Source: a virus
DNA length: 64,000 nucleotides
IMG/VR virus record: IMGVR_UViG_3300027586_000004
Span: 1-64,000 of that record
Reading direction: 5' to 3' (one strand)
Under the pieces are notes generated by a model. The model saw nothing but the letters and a program-made list of their open reading frames with translations. It had not been told where the DNA came from and searched no databases. This document shows positions 54,796-63,981 of this stretch, in pieces; the first letter of the stretch is position 1, and each line of letters opens with the position of its first letter. Position numbers and translations under genes: made by a program.

Positions 54796-56103
54796 ATGAG
54801 CGTGTTTTCCGAAATACTCCCGAGGATAAAGGGGCAGGACGTATATTTATATCTCTCCAAGGAGAACCCGGATTGGCAAAACCACAAGCAGGATGTCAGC
54901 CTTGTGGTTCATTTCGGAGGCAAGAGGGTCACGCTCCCCCTAGGCGACTCTTCTGACCTTAACTACCTCGTCTCCTCGCTCTACCACTTCCTGGACAAGG
55001 ACAGGCTCGTTATTGCGTGGAGAGCCAAGGAAATCTTCTCCTACCTCAAGGGTCGTACGGAGATGAGCCTGGAAGTACATAACCAGGTCTATGACCTCTC
55101 CCTCATCTCGTCATATCTCGGATCATCCCCTTTGCGTCCCGAAAACTTCAGGGATGCGGTCTCGCTGCTGAAGAGGCTGATGTCCGATCCGCTCTGGAAG
55201 AAATTTTCACCATACTACTCCGCCATACAAGTTCCCATGTTATCGTCGATACTTCCCGAAATGGAGACGGGATGCATTGTCGATAACAAGAGGAAGAAGT
55301 GCGTGTATCCGACCTATGTGATGGAGGGCCAGGCCAACGGAAGACTCAGCACCACCAAGGTCAATTCGTCCTCCTACAACCCCCATTCCATAGGCAAGGA
55401 AGAGAAGTCGAATCTCCGTCCTAGTGGCTACGACGAGGCATTTGTCTGCTACGACTACAGGAACATGGAGGTGGCCGTCCTGCAGTGGCTGTCGGGCGAC
55501 CCAGCCCTGGCGTCAATCCTGGAATCGGGCAAGGATCTCTACAAGGAGATATGGCGTAAGATCACAAGGCAGGATCCCACCGACGCCCATAGAAAAATAT
55601 GCAAGAACACATTTCTTCCGGTCGTTTTCGGACAGGGCAAGGCGTCTCTGGCCAAAAATCTGGGATCATCGGAAAAAATTGCTGCCAAGCTCATAAATAG
55701 CCTCGTCGATACCTTTCCCGTTGCTTTCGACTGGGTCAATGCCCAGTCACCCGACAGCAACAACACGGCAACTGATGTTTTTGGCCGCAGAAGAACTTTT
55801 GACGGACACGAACTGTACAAAATTAAAAATTTTTGTATCCAGTCGCCAGCGAGCATGATTTGTTTGAGAAAACTTGTGAAATTGCACGATGCCCTGGCTA
55901 GTAAGGCCAGCATCGGTTTTCATGTGCATGACGGATATTGCGTAATTTGCCATAAAAAGAACCTTGTTTCCACCTGCGAACTCGGAGCGAGTGTCCTCGA
56001 GGAGGAGGATGAAATGTTCCCCGGCCTATTACTCAAGACCACATGCAAGTTCGGACAAAATCTCAATGATTTAGAAACTTTTACCAAGAGGATAAAGATA
56101 TGA
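54796..56103 (+). CDS. Short family-A DNA polymerase-like protein
   Basis: NGRLST, motif A DYRNMEVAVL, motif B RKICKNTFLPVVFG, IQS and motif C HVHDG; only 435 aa. Confidence 0.85.
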   Translation: MSVFSEILPRIKGQDVYLYLSKENPDWQNHKQDVSLVVHFGGKRVTLPLGDSSDLNYLVSSLYHFLDKDRLVIAWRAKEIFSYLKGRTEMSLEVHNQVYDLSLISSYLGSSPLRPENFRDAVSLLKRLMSDPLWKKFSPYYSAIQVPMLSSILPEMETGCIVDNKRKKCVYPTYVMEGQANGRLSTTKVNSSSYNPHSIGKEEKSNLRPSGYDEAFVCYDYRNMEVAVLQWLSGDPALASILESGKDLYKEIWRKITRQDPTDAHRKICKNTFLPVVFGQGKASLAKNLGSSEKIAAKLINSLVDTFPVAFDWVNAQSPDSNNTATDVFGRRRTFDGHELYKIKNFCIQSPASMICLRKLVKLHDALASKASIGFHVHDGYCVICHKKNLVSTCELGASVLEEEDEMFPGLLLKTTCKFGQNLNDLETFTKRIKI

Positions 56104-56657
56104 AGATGATTCAGGATTCCTTCCCCGTCACCGAAGAGGAGTATCTTCTTCTGGACGGCAAGTTCGGCGAACTCTGCGAATACCAGGCCTGGCAGCTTAT
56201 AAAAAAGAACACCAGGAACAACCACACGGACGCTCAGGAGGACATCGCGCAGGACATGCGGATCGCCCTCCTCCGCGCGGCCTCGTACTACAAGAGGCAG
56301 TGCTACATCGAGGAGTGCCTTGATAAATGCGAGAAGCATGTCAAGGACGCGGTAATCAAGAGCGTCCTGAAGCAGCTTCAGAACCTGTGGGAGAACAAGA
56401 CGAGGCACGGCGCGAACAAGCAGAAGTTCGGCCCGCATCAGGAAAAGATGCTTGAAAAGCTCGTAAAATCCCTCGTCCCTTCCAAGGAGAGGCCGAACAG
56501 GAAGGCTTCTTTGAGGATAGACACGAAGTTCATCACCTACTGCAAGGCGATAACATGGAATGCGCAAAAGTCGCTCGGCAAGAGGATAACTAGGGAGAAG
56601 TCAATCAGGACCGGGATGGTCTCCCTGTCCGAATACGACTACCTAGGCGGAAATTAA
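56100..56657 (+). CDS. Sigma-70 region-2-like transcription factor
   Basis: EDIAQDMRIALLRAA...KFITYCKAITWN...VSLSE resembles sigma region 2 with an insertion. Confidence 0.6.
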   Translation: MKMIQDSFPVTEEEYLLLDGKFGELCEYQAWQLIKKNTRNNHTDAQEDIAQDMRIALLRAASYYKRQCYIEECLDKCEKHVKDAVIKSVLKQLQNLWENKTRHGANKQKFGPHQEKMLEKLVKSLVPSKERPNRKASLRIDTKFITYCKAITWNAQKSLGKRITREKSIRTGMVSLSEYDYLGGN

Positions 56658-59215
56658 TGTCAAAAATCTGTGTTGTCCAATTTTATACTTCCAATGTTTC
56701 CTACGGTAGTTTTGCCGAGGAGATAAACAGAAAATATTGCGAAGCACAGGGATATGACTATTTCATTGAAAAGGATGACGAGAAGCTGAAATCTATGGCG
56801 GAAGGCCGGGCCTTCACATGGATAAAGCCTAAGTTGATAGGCGAGGTCATAGGCAAGTACGACCACGTCTTGTTCATGGATATTGACGCCATATTCTCCA
56901 ATCAAGAAATGAGGATAGAGGAGTTCTTAGATTCCGGCTACGATCTGATCGCCGCCGAAGACTACAGCCGTCATTCCAAGATGAATGCCGGGGTGCTACT
57001 TTTCAGCAATTCATCTTGGACTTCTGATTTTTTGAGAAAATGGTGGGAGTCAGGCGATAATTTGAAAGGTTCGGACATTGCTGAACTGGGAACAAACAAT
57101 GATCAGCCTGGGTATTTCAAGCATGGCTATTGGCATGATCAATCCTGCTTGTCTTATTTGTACTTGAATGGATATGGCGACCGCATCAAGGTAATCAGCA
57201 ACAGAAGTTTCAACTGGCGGGAATACAACCAAGACAATTTCATTTTTCACGCATTCGCCAGGGGGCACAGGCGAAACAGGTCTTTGGACACGATACACGC
57301 CAAAATTTTTGGCACAAAGATAAATCCGGAAGAGATGACGCTTGCGCAGTTGGCAGAGTTTTACGGCACCGATAAAGAGTATGAGCATCGCTATGTCACC
57401 AACCACTATGAAAGAATATTTGCGTTCTATAGAAAAAAGGCAAAAAGGTTTTGTGAGATAGGAATTGCAGACGGGGTTTCACTCATGATGTTCCGCGATT
57501 ATTTTTCTGAAGCCACTATAGTGGGATGCGATCTTGTGGACAAATCAATAGAAGAAGATAGGGTTTTCGTCGTAAAAATGAATCAGTCCGTAGATGCTGA
57601 AATTGATTCATTTTGTGAGTCACAGGATGACTTTGACATTATATTGGACGACGGATCGCACAAGATGAGGGATCAGCAGGTCACATTTTCAAAGCTTTTC
57701 AGAAAGCTCAATCCGGGCGGGCTGTTTATCATTGAGGATCTGCACACAAGCACGGAGGCCCGCATGCCCGAGAAATCTGTATACAACTGGGGCGATCCTG
57801 AAAAGACCACCACTTTGGAGATGTTGGAAAACTTCATGTCTTCCGGAAAAATAAAGTCCGACTACCTCACTGAAGAAGAATCCAGATATTTGGAGGAAAA
57901 CATAGAATCTTGTGAGGTTTTGAAAAAAGATAGTCATTACTTCAGCATAACTTCTGTTTTGAAGAAAAAGTCTATGTCTGTTGATTTTGACAAGACAAAG
58001 GCTTCCGAAAAAAATTTTGAAAAGCCAAAGATACTATTTCTTGCGTACACAAGCAAGAAATACAAGGGACATGGCATAGAAATTGATAGGTCTGATCTTA
58101 CAAGAAAAATGTCATGCATGGAGACATGGGTTCCTAGGATAGAGGCCCTAGGACATGAAGTTATTTTTTTTGATGGAGGAAATGACAATCAATTCTTTGA
58201 CAAAAAGAATAAAACACTGCATCTTATTTCAAATGAATCTTACGATTATCACCATCTCAAAGAAATTGGGTTTGGTTCTCTCATGCTAGAACGCTTAAAG
58301 GAGGCCATCTCCTGGTGTCTTGAAAACAGGGATTTTGATTACATATTCAGGACTGATGACGGCTCTTATCTGAATGCGTGGAAGTTGGGAGATTTTTTAG
58401 AAGAGCTGAAGAGCGAGCCAGGTGCGGTATTTTCTTCTGCGGGCGGAGGAGGTGCGGGCATTGCCTTTTCTAGAAAAACTTGTGAACTTTTGGCTTCATA
58501 TGAAAACAAATCAAAGATACACATAGAAGATGTTGCTATTTTTAAGTTTTTTACCGACCTAGGCATCAACGGGATTTCAAGTTCAATTCTTTGGCCCAAT
58601 TATGTTCTGGGAGAAAAATTCTTTAGTTTTCACTACACAAATGGAAAAAGACAGTACTTCGCAGACGATGTCATTTCTTACTACAACAATGGAATTCCCA
58701 TAAGAAGAAAAGTTATGATAAACTTTCCTTTTGACTTAATGGAAAATGAATTTCACTATTTGCCAATAAAAACATGGGATTTTGAGAATTCAGAAAAAAC
58801 TCCAATTTGGTATTCATTTGAAAAAGACGATCAAAATTGGGAGTATATTGGAAACTACGCCCGATCAGGCCTCTGTGTCAATCAACAATGCCCTTTTGGA
58901 ATCAAATCCATAAATGAACTTGCTTTTTGGAATGTAAGCTTTGATACTTCTTTAATTCATGAGGAAAGAATTTTCATGGATTATGTTGAATCCGTGATGG
59001 ACAAAGGAGTTTTGTATTTCAATCTTACTGAAGATTTCACTCAAAGGTTGGGCGAAAATACAAAGCCATTTGGATTCGCAGATGTGAACATTGAGAGTTA
59101 TATTGGTGGGGTTGAATCCTATATGGATGTTTTAGAAGTAGACCACAACTCGGACTTCAATCCCACATTCAAGCTTTCAGGCAAGGTTACAACAATAAAG
59201 GCCAAAAAAAGATGA
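56657..59215 (+). CDS. Three-domain glycan enzyme: GT34-like + sugar O-methyltransferase + GT31-like
   Basis: WIKP, FMDIDA, NAGV and HDQ; GTDK, EIG, DDGSH and IEDL; IFRTDDGSY, GGAG and IEDV. Confidence 0.8.
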   Translation: MSKICVVQFYTSNVSYGSFAEEINRKYCEAQGYDYFIEKDDEKLKSMAEGRAFTWIKPKLIGEVIGKYDHVLFMDIDAIFSNQEMRIEEFLDSGYDLIAAEDYSRHSKMNAGVLLFSNSSWTSDFLRKWWESGDNLKGSDIAELGTNNDQPGYFKHGYWHDQSCLSYLYLNGYGDRIKVISNRSFNWREYNQDNFIFHAFARGHRRNRSLDTIHAKIFGTKINPEEMTLAQLAEFYGTDKEYEHRYVTNHYERIFAFYRKKAKRFCEIGIADGVSLMMFRDYFSEATIVGCDLVDKSIEEDRVFVVKMNQSVDAEIDSFCESQDDFDIILDDGSHKMRDQQVTFSKLFRKLNPGGLFIIEDLHTSTEARMPEKSVYNWGDPEKTTTLEMLENFMSSGKIKSDYLTEEESRYLEENIESCEVLKKDSHYFSITSVLKKKSMSVDFDKTKASEKNFEKPKILFLAYTSKKYKGHGIEIDRSDLTRKMSCMETWVPRIEALGHEVIFFDGGNDNQFFDKKNKTLHLISNESYDYHHLKEIGFGSLMLERLKEAISWCLENRDFDYIFRTDDGSYLNAWKLGDFLEELKSEPGAVFSSAGGGGAGIAFSRKTCELLASYENKSKIHIEDVAIFKFFTDLGINGISSSILWPNYVLGEKFFSFHYTNGKRQYFADDVISYYNNGIPIRRKVMINFPFDLMENEFHYLPIKTWDFENSEKTPIWYSFEKDDQNWEYIGNYARSGLCVNQQCPFGIKSINELAFWNVSFDTSLIHEERIFMDYVESVMDKGVLYFNLTEDFTQRLGENTKPFGFADVNIESYIGGVESYMDVLEVDHNSDFNPTFKLSGKVTTIKAKKR

Positions 59216-60183
59216 TGGCTATTGTATTTTATTGCTTTATGATCAATGACTGGGAGCCACGATTCCTCAGGCAGATCAAAAGAATATTGTCTTCGGGACT
59301 CTATGAAGAAGCCGTTGAAATTCATCTTTTTGCTTGTGATACAACCGATGAAAAAAAAATCAATCTAGATCGGATAATTTGTGATTTACCAAAAATAGAA
59401 TTGCACTATACAAACATTAATCACGGGGGGGAATATCTTGCCTTGCTGAAGATAGACGAATTCAGAAATAAAAGTAACTTCAAAATACTTTACTTTCACA
59501 CTAAAGGAGTTTACAACAAATATAAGAATTTTGTAACCAATGAATTGGATAATTTGAAAATAGAATCTATAAATTGTTGGGTGGAAATGATGGAGTACTT
59601 TTTATTGGACAATTGGAAATCTTGCTCCGGAAAACTTGGAGAATATGATACGGTGGGGGTTTCTAACTTTAATGGGTGGTGGTGGGGCAATTTTTGGTGG
59701 ACTACATCGGAACACATAAGGAACTTGGCACCCCTCGGTCAGTACTACCACGACAGATGGTCTGCGGAGGCTTGGTTGCACGATTCGCATTCTGACAAAC
59801 AAGCCATCAAGTTTTATGAATTCAAACGCATGGAATACGATCCCCATTATTCGCGACTGCCCAAGTACTTGTATGACGGAACAAATGTCAAGGGCATCAA
59901 GTTTGAGATAGATGAGGCAAAATATGGCTGGTTTTCAGAACAGAGAGACGAAGGCTCCCCTTTTTTGTCCAATTCGTCAATTATAGAAGATGTGACTGAA
60001 AGAGTTCGTGAAATCATCATGCAAAATAATGGAAAAGTAGAAATTATGCCTATTATGTTTATGGGTGTGAGAGATGTTGCCCCCGGGCGAGAGAAAATAC
60101 TCAGGATAAAGTTCAGAACGAATATAGACCCAGAGAACGAATATGTTATATCTTCTTTTAGAGACTGGAAAATAACACTATGA
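59212..60183 (+). CDS. Glycosyltransferase-like protein with C-terminal lectin-like domain
   Basis: ILYFHTKG, GNFWW and AE.W motifs; C-terminal AKYG...DVT...DVAPGREK.L. Confidence 0.6.
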   Translation: MMAIVFYCFMINDWEPRFLRQIKRILSSGLYEEAVEIHLFACDTTDEKKINLDRIICDLPKIELHYTNINHGGEYLALLKIDEFRNKSNFKILYFHTKGVYNKYKNFVTNELDNLKIESINCWVEMMEYFLLDNWKSCSGKLGEYDTVGVSNFNGWWWGNFWWTTSEHIRNLAPLGQYYHDRWSAEAWLHDSHSDKQAIKFYEFKRMEYDPHYSRLPKYLYDGTNVKGIKFEIDEAKYGWFSEQRDEGSPFLSNSSIIEDVTERVREIIMQNNGKVEIMPIMFMGVRDVAPGREKILRIKFRTNIDPENEYVISSFRDWKITL

Positions 60184-60848
60184 GACTAAGTGAAATTGCA
60201 AAAAAATACCCGACCGACAAGGACTTCACCCACAACTATTACGAGACAGCATACGAGTCTGCTTTGAGTTCTATAAGAGAAGGGGTCAAGTTTGTCTGTG
60301 AGATAGGCATAGGGGGCTTCTGGAATGAAGCGGGATGGGTTCACGGAAACTCTCTCAAGGTTTGGAGGGACTACTTTCCGAACGCCGATATTCTTGGATT
60401 GGACATAAAAGAATATCAGATAGAAGACCTGGGCAGAATAAGGACGGGCTGGCTGGATCAGTCCAAGAAGGATCTGGTGGTGGATTACGCGTCAAAACTG
60501 AAGGACTACGATCTGATAGTGGACGACGGATCGCACAATATATACGACCAGCAGATCACGCTGGCCTATTTTTTCAAATGCCTCAAGCCGGGGGGCATAT
60601 ACATACTGGAAGACCTCCACAGCAGCATAGAGGTCAATGACCTTGAGAAGGCGAAGTTATGGGGCTGGGGAGAGGCCGGGCACATAACTCCGCTTCAGAT
60701 GCTGGAGCATCATATCGGCACCAAAGAAATAATCAGCGATTATTTGGATGAGGGCGAAAAGCAGTATCTGGAGCAGAGCATAGACAAAATAGAGGTGTTT
60801 CACATAGGGCCCACTAGCATCACATCAATAATTAGAAAGAAGATTTGA
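60180..60848 (+). CDS. SAM-dependent (sugar O-) methyltransferase
   Basis: TDK..H.Y, EIGIG, WRDYFP, DDGSH and PGGIYILEDL motifs. Confidence 0.85.
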   Translation: MRLSEIAKKYPTDKDFTHNYYETAYESALSSIREGVKFVCEIGIGGFWNEAGWVHGNSLKVWRDYFPNADILGLDIKEYQIEDLGRIRTGWLDQSKKDLVVDYASKLKDYDLIVDDGSHNIYDQQITLAYFFKCLKPGGIYILEDLHSSIEVNDLEKAKLWGWGEAGHITPLQMLEHHIGTKEIISDYLDEGEKQYLEQSIDKIEVFHIGPTSITSIIRKKI

Positions 60849-60955
60849 TGCCGATCAATTTCGCATCAAACAACGCCCGGAGGCACTATGAGGAAAGCCT
60901 CTCCCCCAAAGTCAGGGCCAGAAACACTATTCTGAAATTAGGATTAATTATATGA
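60848..60955 (+). pseudogene. 35-codon gene remnant coupling two genes
   Basis: ATG overlaps the upstream TGA and its TGA overlaps the downstream ATG; MPINFASNNARRHYEESLSPKVRARNTILKLGLII. Confidence 0.4.
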
Positions 60956-62637
60956 ACAATAATGTGACCATAGTTACGGGTCTCTGGGATCTAGGCAGAG
61001 GGGACATAGACGGCTGGGCCAAGAGGGACTTCTCCCATTACAAGGACAAGTTTTTTGAGCTTTTGAAGTGCGACGCGCAGATGTGCGTCTGGATTCCCGA
61101 AATCCTCAGGCGCGAGGTAGAGGAGATCAGAGGTGACAAGCCGACAAAAATATTCATCAAGAACAATTCCGACTTTGATACGTGGAACCCATTCTTCAGA
61201 AGGATGCAGGAAATAAGAAACGATCCTTCATGGAGGAATTCTGCGGGCTGGCTTGCCGAATCACCCCAGGCGGCCCTGGAATACTACAACGCGATGATGT
61301 TCACGAAGATGTTCATGATCAATGATTCGGCGATTACCAATCCGTTCTCGAGCGAGTATTTCTTCTGGATGGACGGAGGATTGACAAATACTGTGAACGC
61401 GGGGTATTTCCTCCACGACATGGTTCTTGACAATCTGGATAGATATGTTCTGAAGAACGGCGGCAAGTTCGTCTTCATCTCCTATCCTTACGATGGCAAC
61501 GACGAAATCCATGGATTTGAACGTAAGGCCATGGCTCGGTACTGCGATGTGGATTTCGTCAATTATGTCTGCCGTGGCGGGTTCTTCGGCGGATCCAAGG
61601 AGAAAGTCCACGCCTTCAACGACCTTCATTACGGCGTCATGAAGTCCACATTGAATGAAGGCCTCATGGGAGCCGACGAGTGCATTTTCACAATCCTCGC
61701 CCACAGGAATCCTGAAATAACTCATAGGTTTGAAATATCGGGCGACGGCCTCGTGTGGCCTTTCTTTGAGAATCTGAAGGAGTTCACGGAGGATAAGATG
61801 AGGCATGATCCCTCGTTCTCCGACCCGGACAACACCGCAATATATGTGATAACTTTCAATAGTCCTTCACAATTTGAGGCTCTCCTGCAGAGCATGGAGA
61901 CCTACGACAATGACTTTATAACTAAACCGAGGCGGAAGTATCTGTTGGACAACTCCTCCGATCTCTCCACCACCGAGAGATACAGTTCCGTCTGTGAAAA
62001 ATACGGCTACGAGCACATAAAGAAGGACAATCTAGGAATATGCGGAGGCAGGCAGTTCATTGCCGAACACGCGGAGGAGAACGGTTTTGATTTCTATATG
62101 TTTTTTGAAGACGACATGTTCTTTTACTCGGGGCCGGATCAGTACTGCAAGAGCGGGTTCAGAAGAAAAGTCGCAGGCTTGTACAAGAACTCCATAAACA
62201 TCATAAGGGAAAACGGCTTTGACTTTCTCAAGTTGTCTTTCACGGAGTTCTACGGCGACAACGGAACACAGTGGTCTTGGTACAACATACCGCAGGATGT
62301 GAGGGGGAGGCATTTCCCCGAAAAGACCAAGCTCCCCGTCATGGGAACCGATCCGAACGCGCCGAGGACTAAATTTGGAAGCATAAGAGTTTTAAATGGA
62401 ATTCCTTACATAGATGGAGAGATATACTACTGCAACTGGCCCCAGGTCGTAAGCCGAAGCGGCAACAAAAAGATGTTCCTCACCGAACGATGGTCTCATC
62501 CCTATGAGGGAACATGGATGTCATATATTTTCCAGGAGACAAAGAAGGGCAACATCCTCCCTGGCCTCCTCTTGGCTTCTCCCACACAGCACGAACGCAG
62601 AGATTTCTATGACGGAAAATTGAGGAAGGAGTCTTAG
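60952..62637 (+). CDS. HtrL/YibB(WlaTC)-like domain fused to a GT-A domain
   Basis: TIVTGLWDLGR, NPFSSEYFFWMDGG and GGFFGG; then LDNS and FFEDD. Confidence 0.8.
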   Translation: MNNNVTIVTGLWDLGRGDIDGWAKRDFSHYKDKFFELLKCDAQMCVWIPEILRREVEEIRGDKPTKIFIKNNSDFDTWNPFFRRMQEIRNDPSWRNSAGWLAESPQAALEYYNAMMFTKMFMINDSAITNPFSSEYFFWMDGGLTNTVNAGYFLHDMVLDNLDRYVLKNGGKFVFISYPYDGNDEIHGFERKAMARYCDVDFVNYVCRGGFFGGSKEKVHAFNDLHYGVMKSTLNEGLMGADECIFTILAHRNPEITHRFEISGDGLVWPFFENLKEFTEDKMRHDPSFSDPDNTAIYVITFNSPSQFEALLQSMETYDNDFITKPRRKYLLDNSSDLSTTERYSSVCEKYGYEHIKKDNLGICGGRQFIAEHAEENGFDFYMFFEDDMFFYSGPDQYCKSGFRRKVAGLYKNSINIIRENGFDFLKLSFTEFYGDNGTQWSWYNIPQDVRGRHFPEKTKLPVMGTDPNAPRTKFGSIRVLNGIPYIDGEIYYCNWPQVVSRSGNKKMFLTERWSHPYEGTWMSYIFQETKKGNILPGLLLASPTQHERRDFYDGKLRKES

Positions 62638-62912
62638 TCCCAATGTTCTGTTCCGTCTTCTTTGAAGTAGTGAAGCACCCAACCATTCGTTGAATAATAC
62701 TTCCTGTCCAACTTGATTTTGCCGTTGTGGATTTTTCTATGACACACGGCGCATGTGGTCACTGTATTTAATTCCACGTATTCGCCTCCGAGTTCTCCCG
62801 GGACTATCCTGTGGACATCCAGGGTGCAGTAGTCGTCCTCCCCGCAGAAGTGGCACTTCTTGTCCGACTTCTTTTTGATGGCCTTGTTGATCAGTCTTTT
62901 CTTTCTAGGCAT
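62634..62912 (-). CDS. HNH endonuclease
   Basis: CHFC...VHRIVP..LGGEY...N....CAVCHRKIH. Confidence 0.85.
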   Translation of the reverse strand: MPRKKRLINKAIKKKSDKKCHFCGEDDYCTLDVHRIVPGELGGEYVELNTVTTCAVCHRKIHNGKIKLDRKYYSTNGWVLHYFKEDGTEHWD

Positions 62913-62949
62913 TGCATGATAAGATAGTAGAAACCCATGGATTGCCCTG

Positions 62950-63981
62950 ATGCGAATTGAAAACGAGATCAAGTTGGATTATTCTGATGTTCTCATCTGC
63001 CCGAAGAGATCCGAATCCCCCAGCAGGAAGAATGTAAGCCTTCACCAGAAGTTCAGGTTTCTGAACTCCGGAGCGGACTGGGAGGGGGTTCCGATAGTCG
63101 CCGCGAACATGTCCACGGTCGGGACTTTCGCCATGGCAAAGGCTCTCGCGGAATACGATATGCCGGTGTGCCTTCACAAGCACTACTCGGTAGCGCAGCT
63201 ATCGGAGTTCTTTGAGAACAACGAGGCGTTCTACACGCTCGGCATAAAGGACGAGGATTTTGAAAAACTGGAGGACTTCAGGGGCAGGCGCGGGGATCCC
63301 AAATATGTTTGCCTTGATGTGGCCAACGGCTACACGAGGTTCTTTGTGGAGAGGTGCAAGAGGCTCCGGGGAGCCCTTCCGAAAAGTGTTCTGATGGCGG
63401 GCAACGTATGCACGCCCGAGATGGTGCAGGAACTACTGCTTTCCGGCGGGGTCGACATCGTCAAGATAGGAATAGGCCCCGGCTCCGCATGCACCACTAG
63501 AATTGTAACTGGTGTGGGATTCCCGCAGCTCAGCGCATGCCTTGAATGCGCAGATGCGGCCCACGGCCTCAGGGGACACATTGTCGCGGACGGAGGATGC
63601 ACAACGCCGGGCGACGTCGCCAAGGCCTTCGGTGCTGGCGCCGACTTCGTGATGCTCGGAGGAATGCTGAGCGGACACGACGAGTGCGAGGGGGACTGGG
63701 AACTTGACGAGTCCGGCAACAGGAAATTCTTCAGGTTCTACGGAATGAGCAGCAATGAGGCCATGGAGAAGTTCAACGGCGGGAAGGCGAGGTACAGGGC
63801 CAGCGAGGGGAGAAGCGCTAAAATCCCGTACGGGGGTCCGGTGAAGTCCGCCGTTGAGGAGATTCTCGGAGGCTTGAGGAGTGCCTGCACCTATGTGGGA
63901 ACCGAAAACCTGAAGGACTTGAGCAAGTGCTGCAAATTTGTTAGAGTGAACAACACCCACAATAGAATATTTGAGAACTGA
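62950..63981 (+). CDS. guaC: GMP reductase
   Basis: MRIE..IKLDY.DVL, AANM, DVANGY, GIGPGSACTTR, FYGMSS and YRASEG motifs. Confidence 0.93.
   Translation: MRIENEIKLDYSDVLICPKRSESPSRKNVSLHQKFRFLNSGADWEGVPIVAANMSTVGTFAMAKALAEYDMPVCLHKHYSVAQLSEFFENNEAFYTLGIKDEDFEKLEDFRGRRGDPKYVCLDVANGYTRFFVERCKRLRGALPKSVLMAGNVCTPEMVQELLLSGGVDIVKIGIGPGSACTTRIVTGVGFPQLSACLECADAAHGLRGHIVADGGCTTPGDVAKAFGAGADFVMLGGMLSGHDECEGDWELDESGNRKFFRFYGMSSNEAMEKFNGGKARYRASEGRSAKIPYGGPVKSAVEEILGGLRSACTYVGTENLKDLSKCCKFVRVNNTHNRIFEN

Noticed and set aside
62634-62912. HNH gene as an intron-encoded homing element
   Set aside because: Both neighbours are intact and no intron structure is seen; treated as a free-standing HNH.
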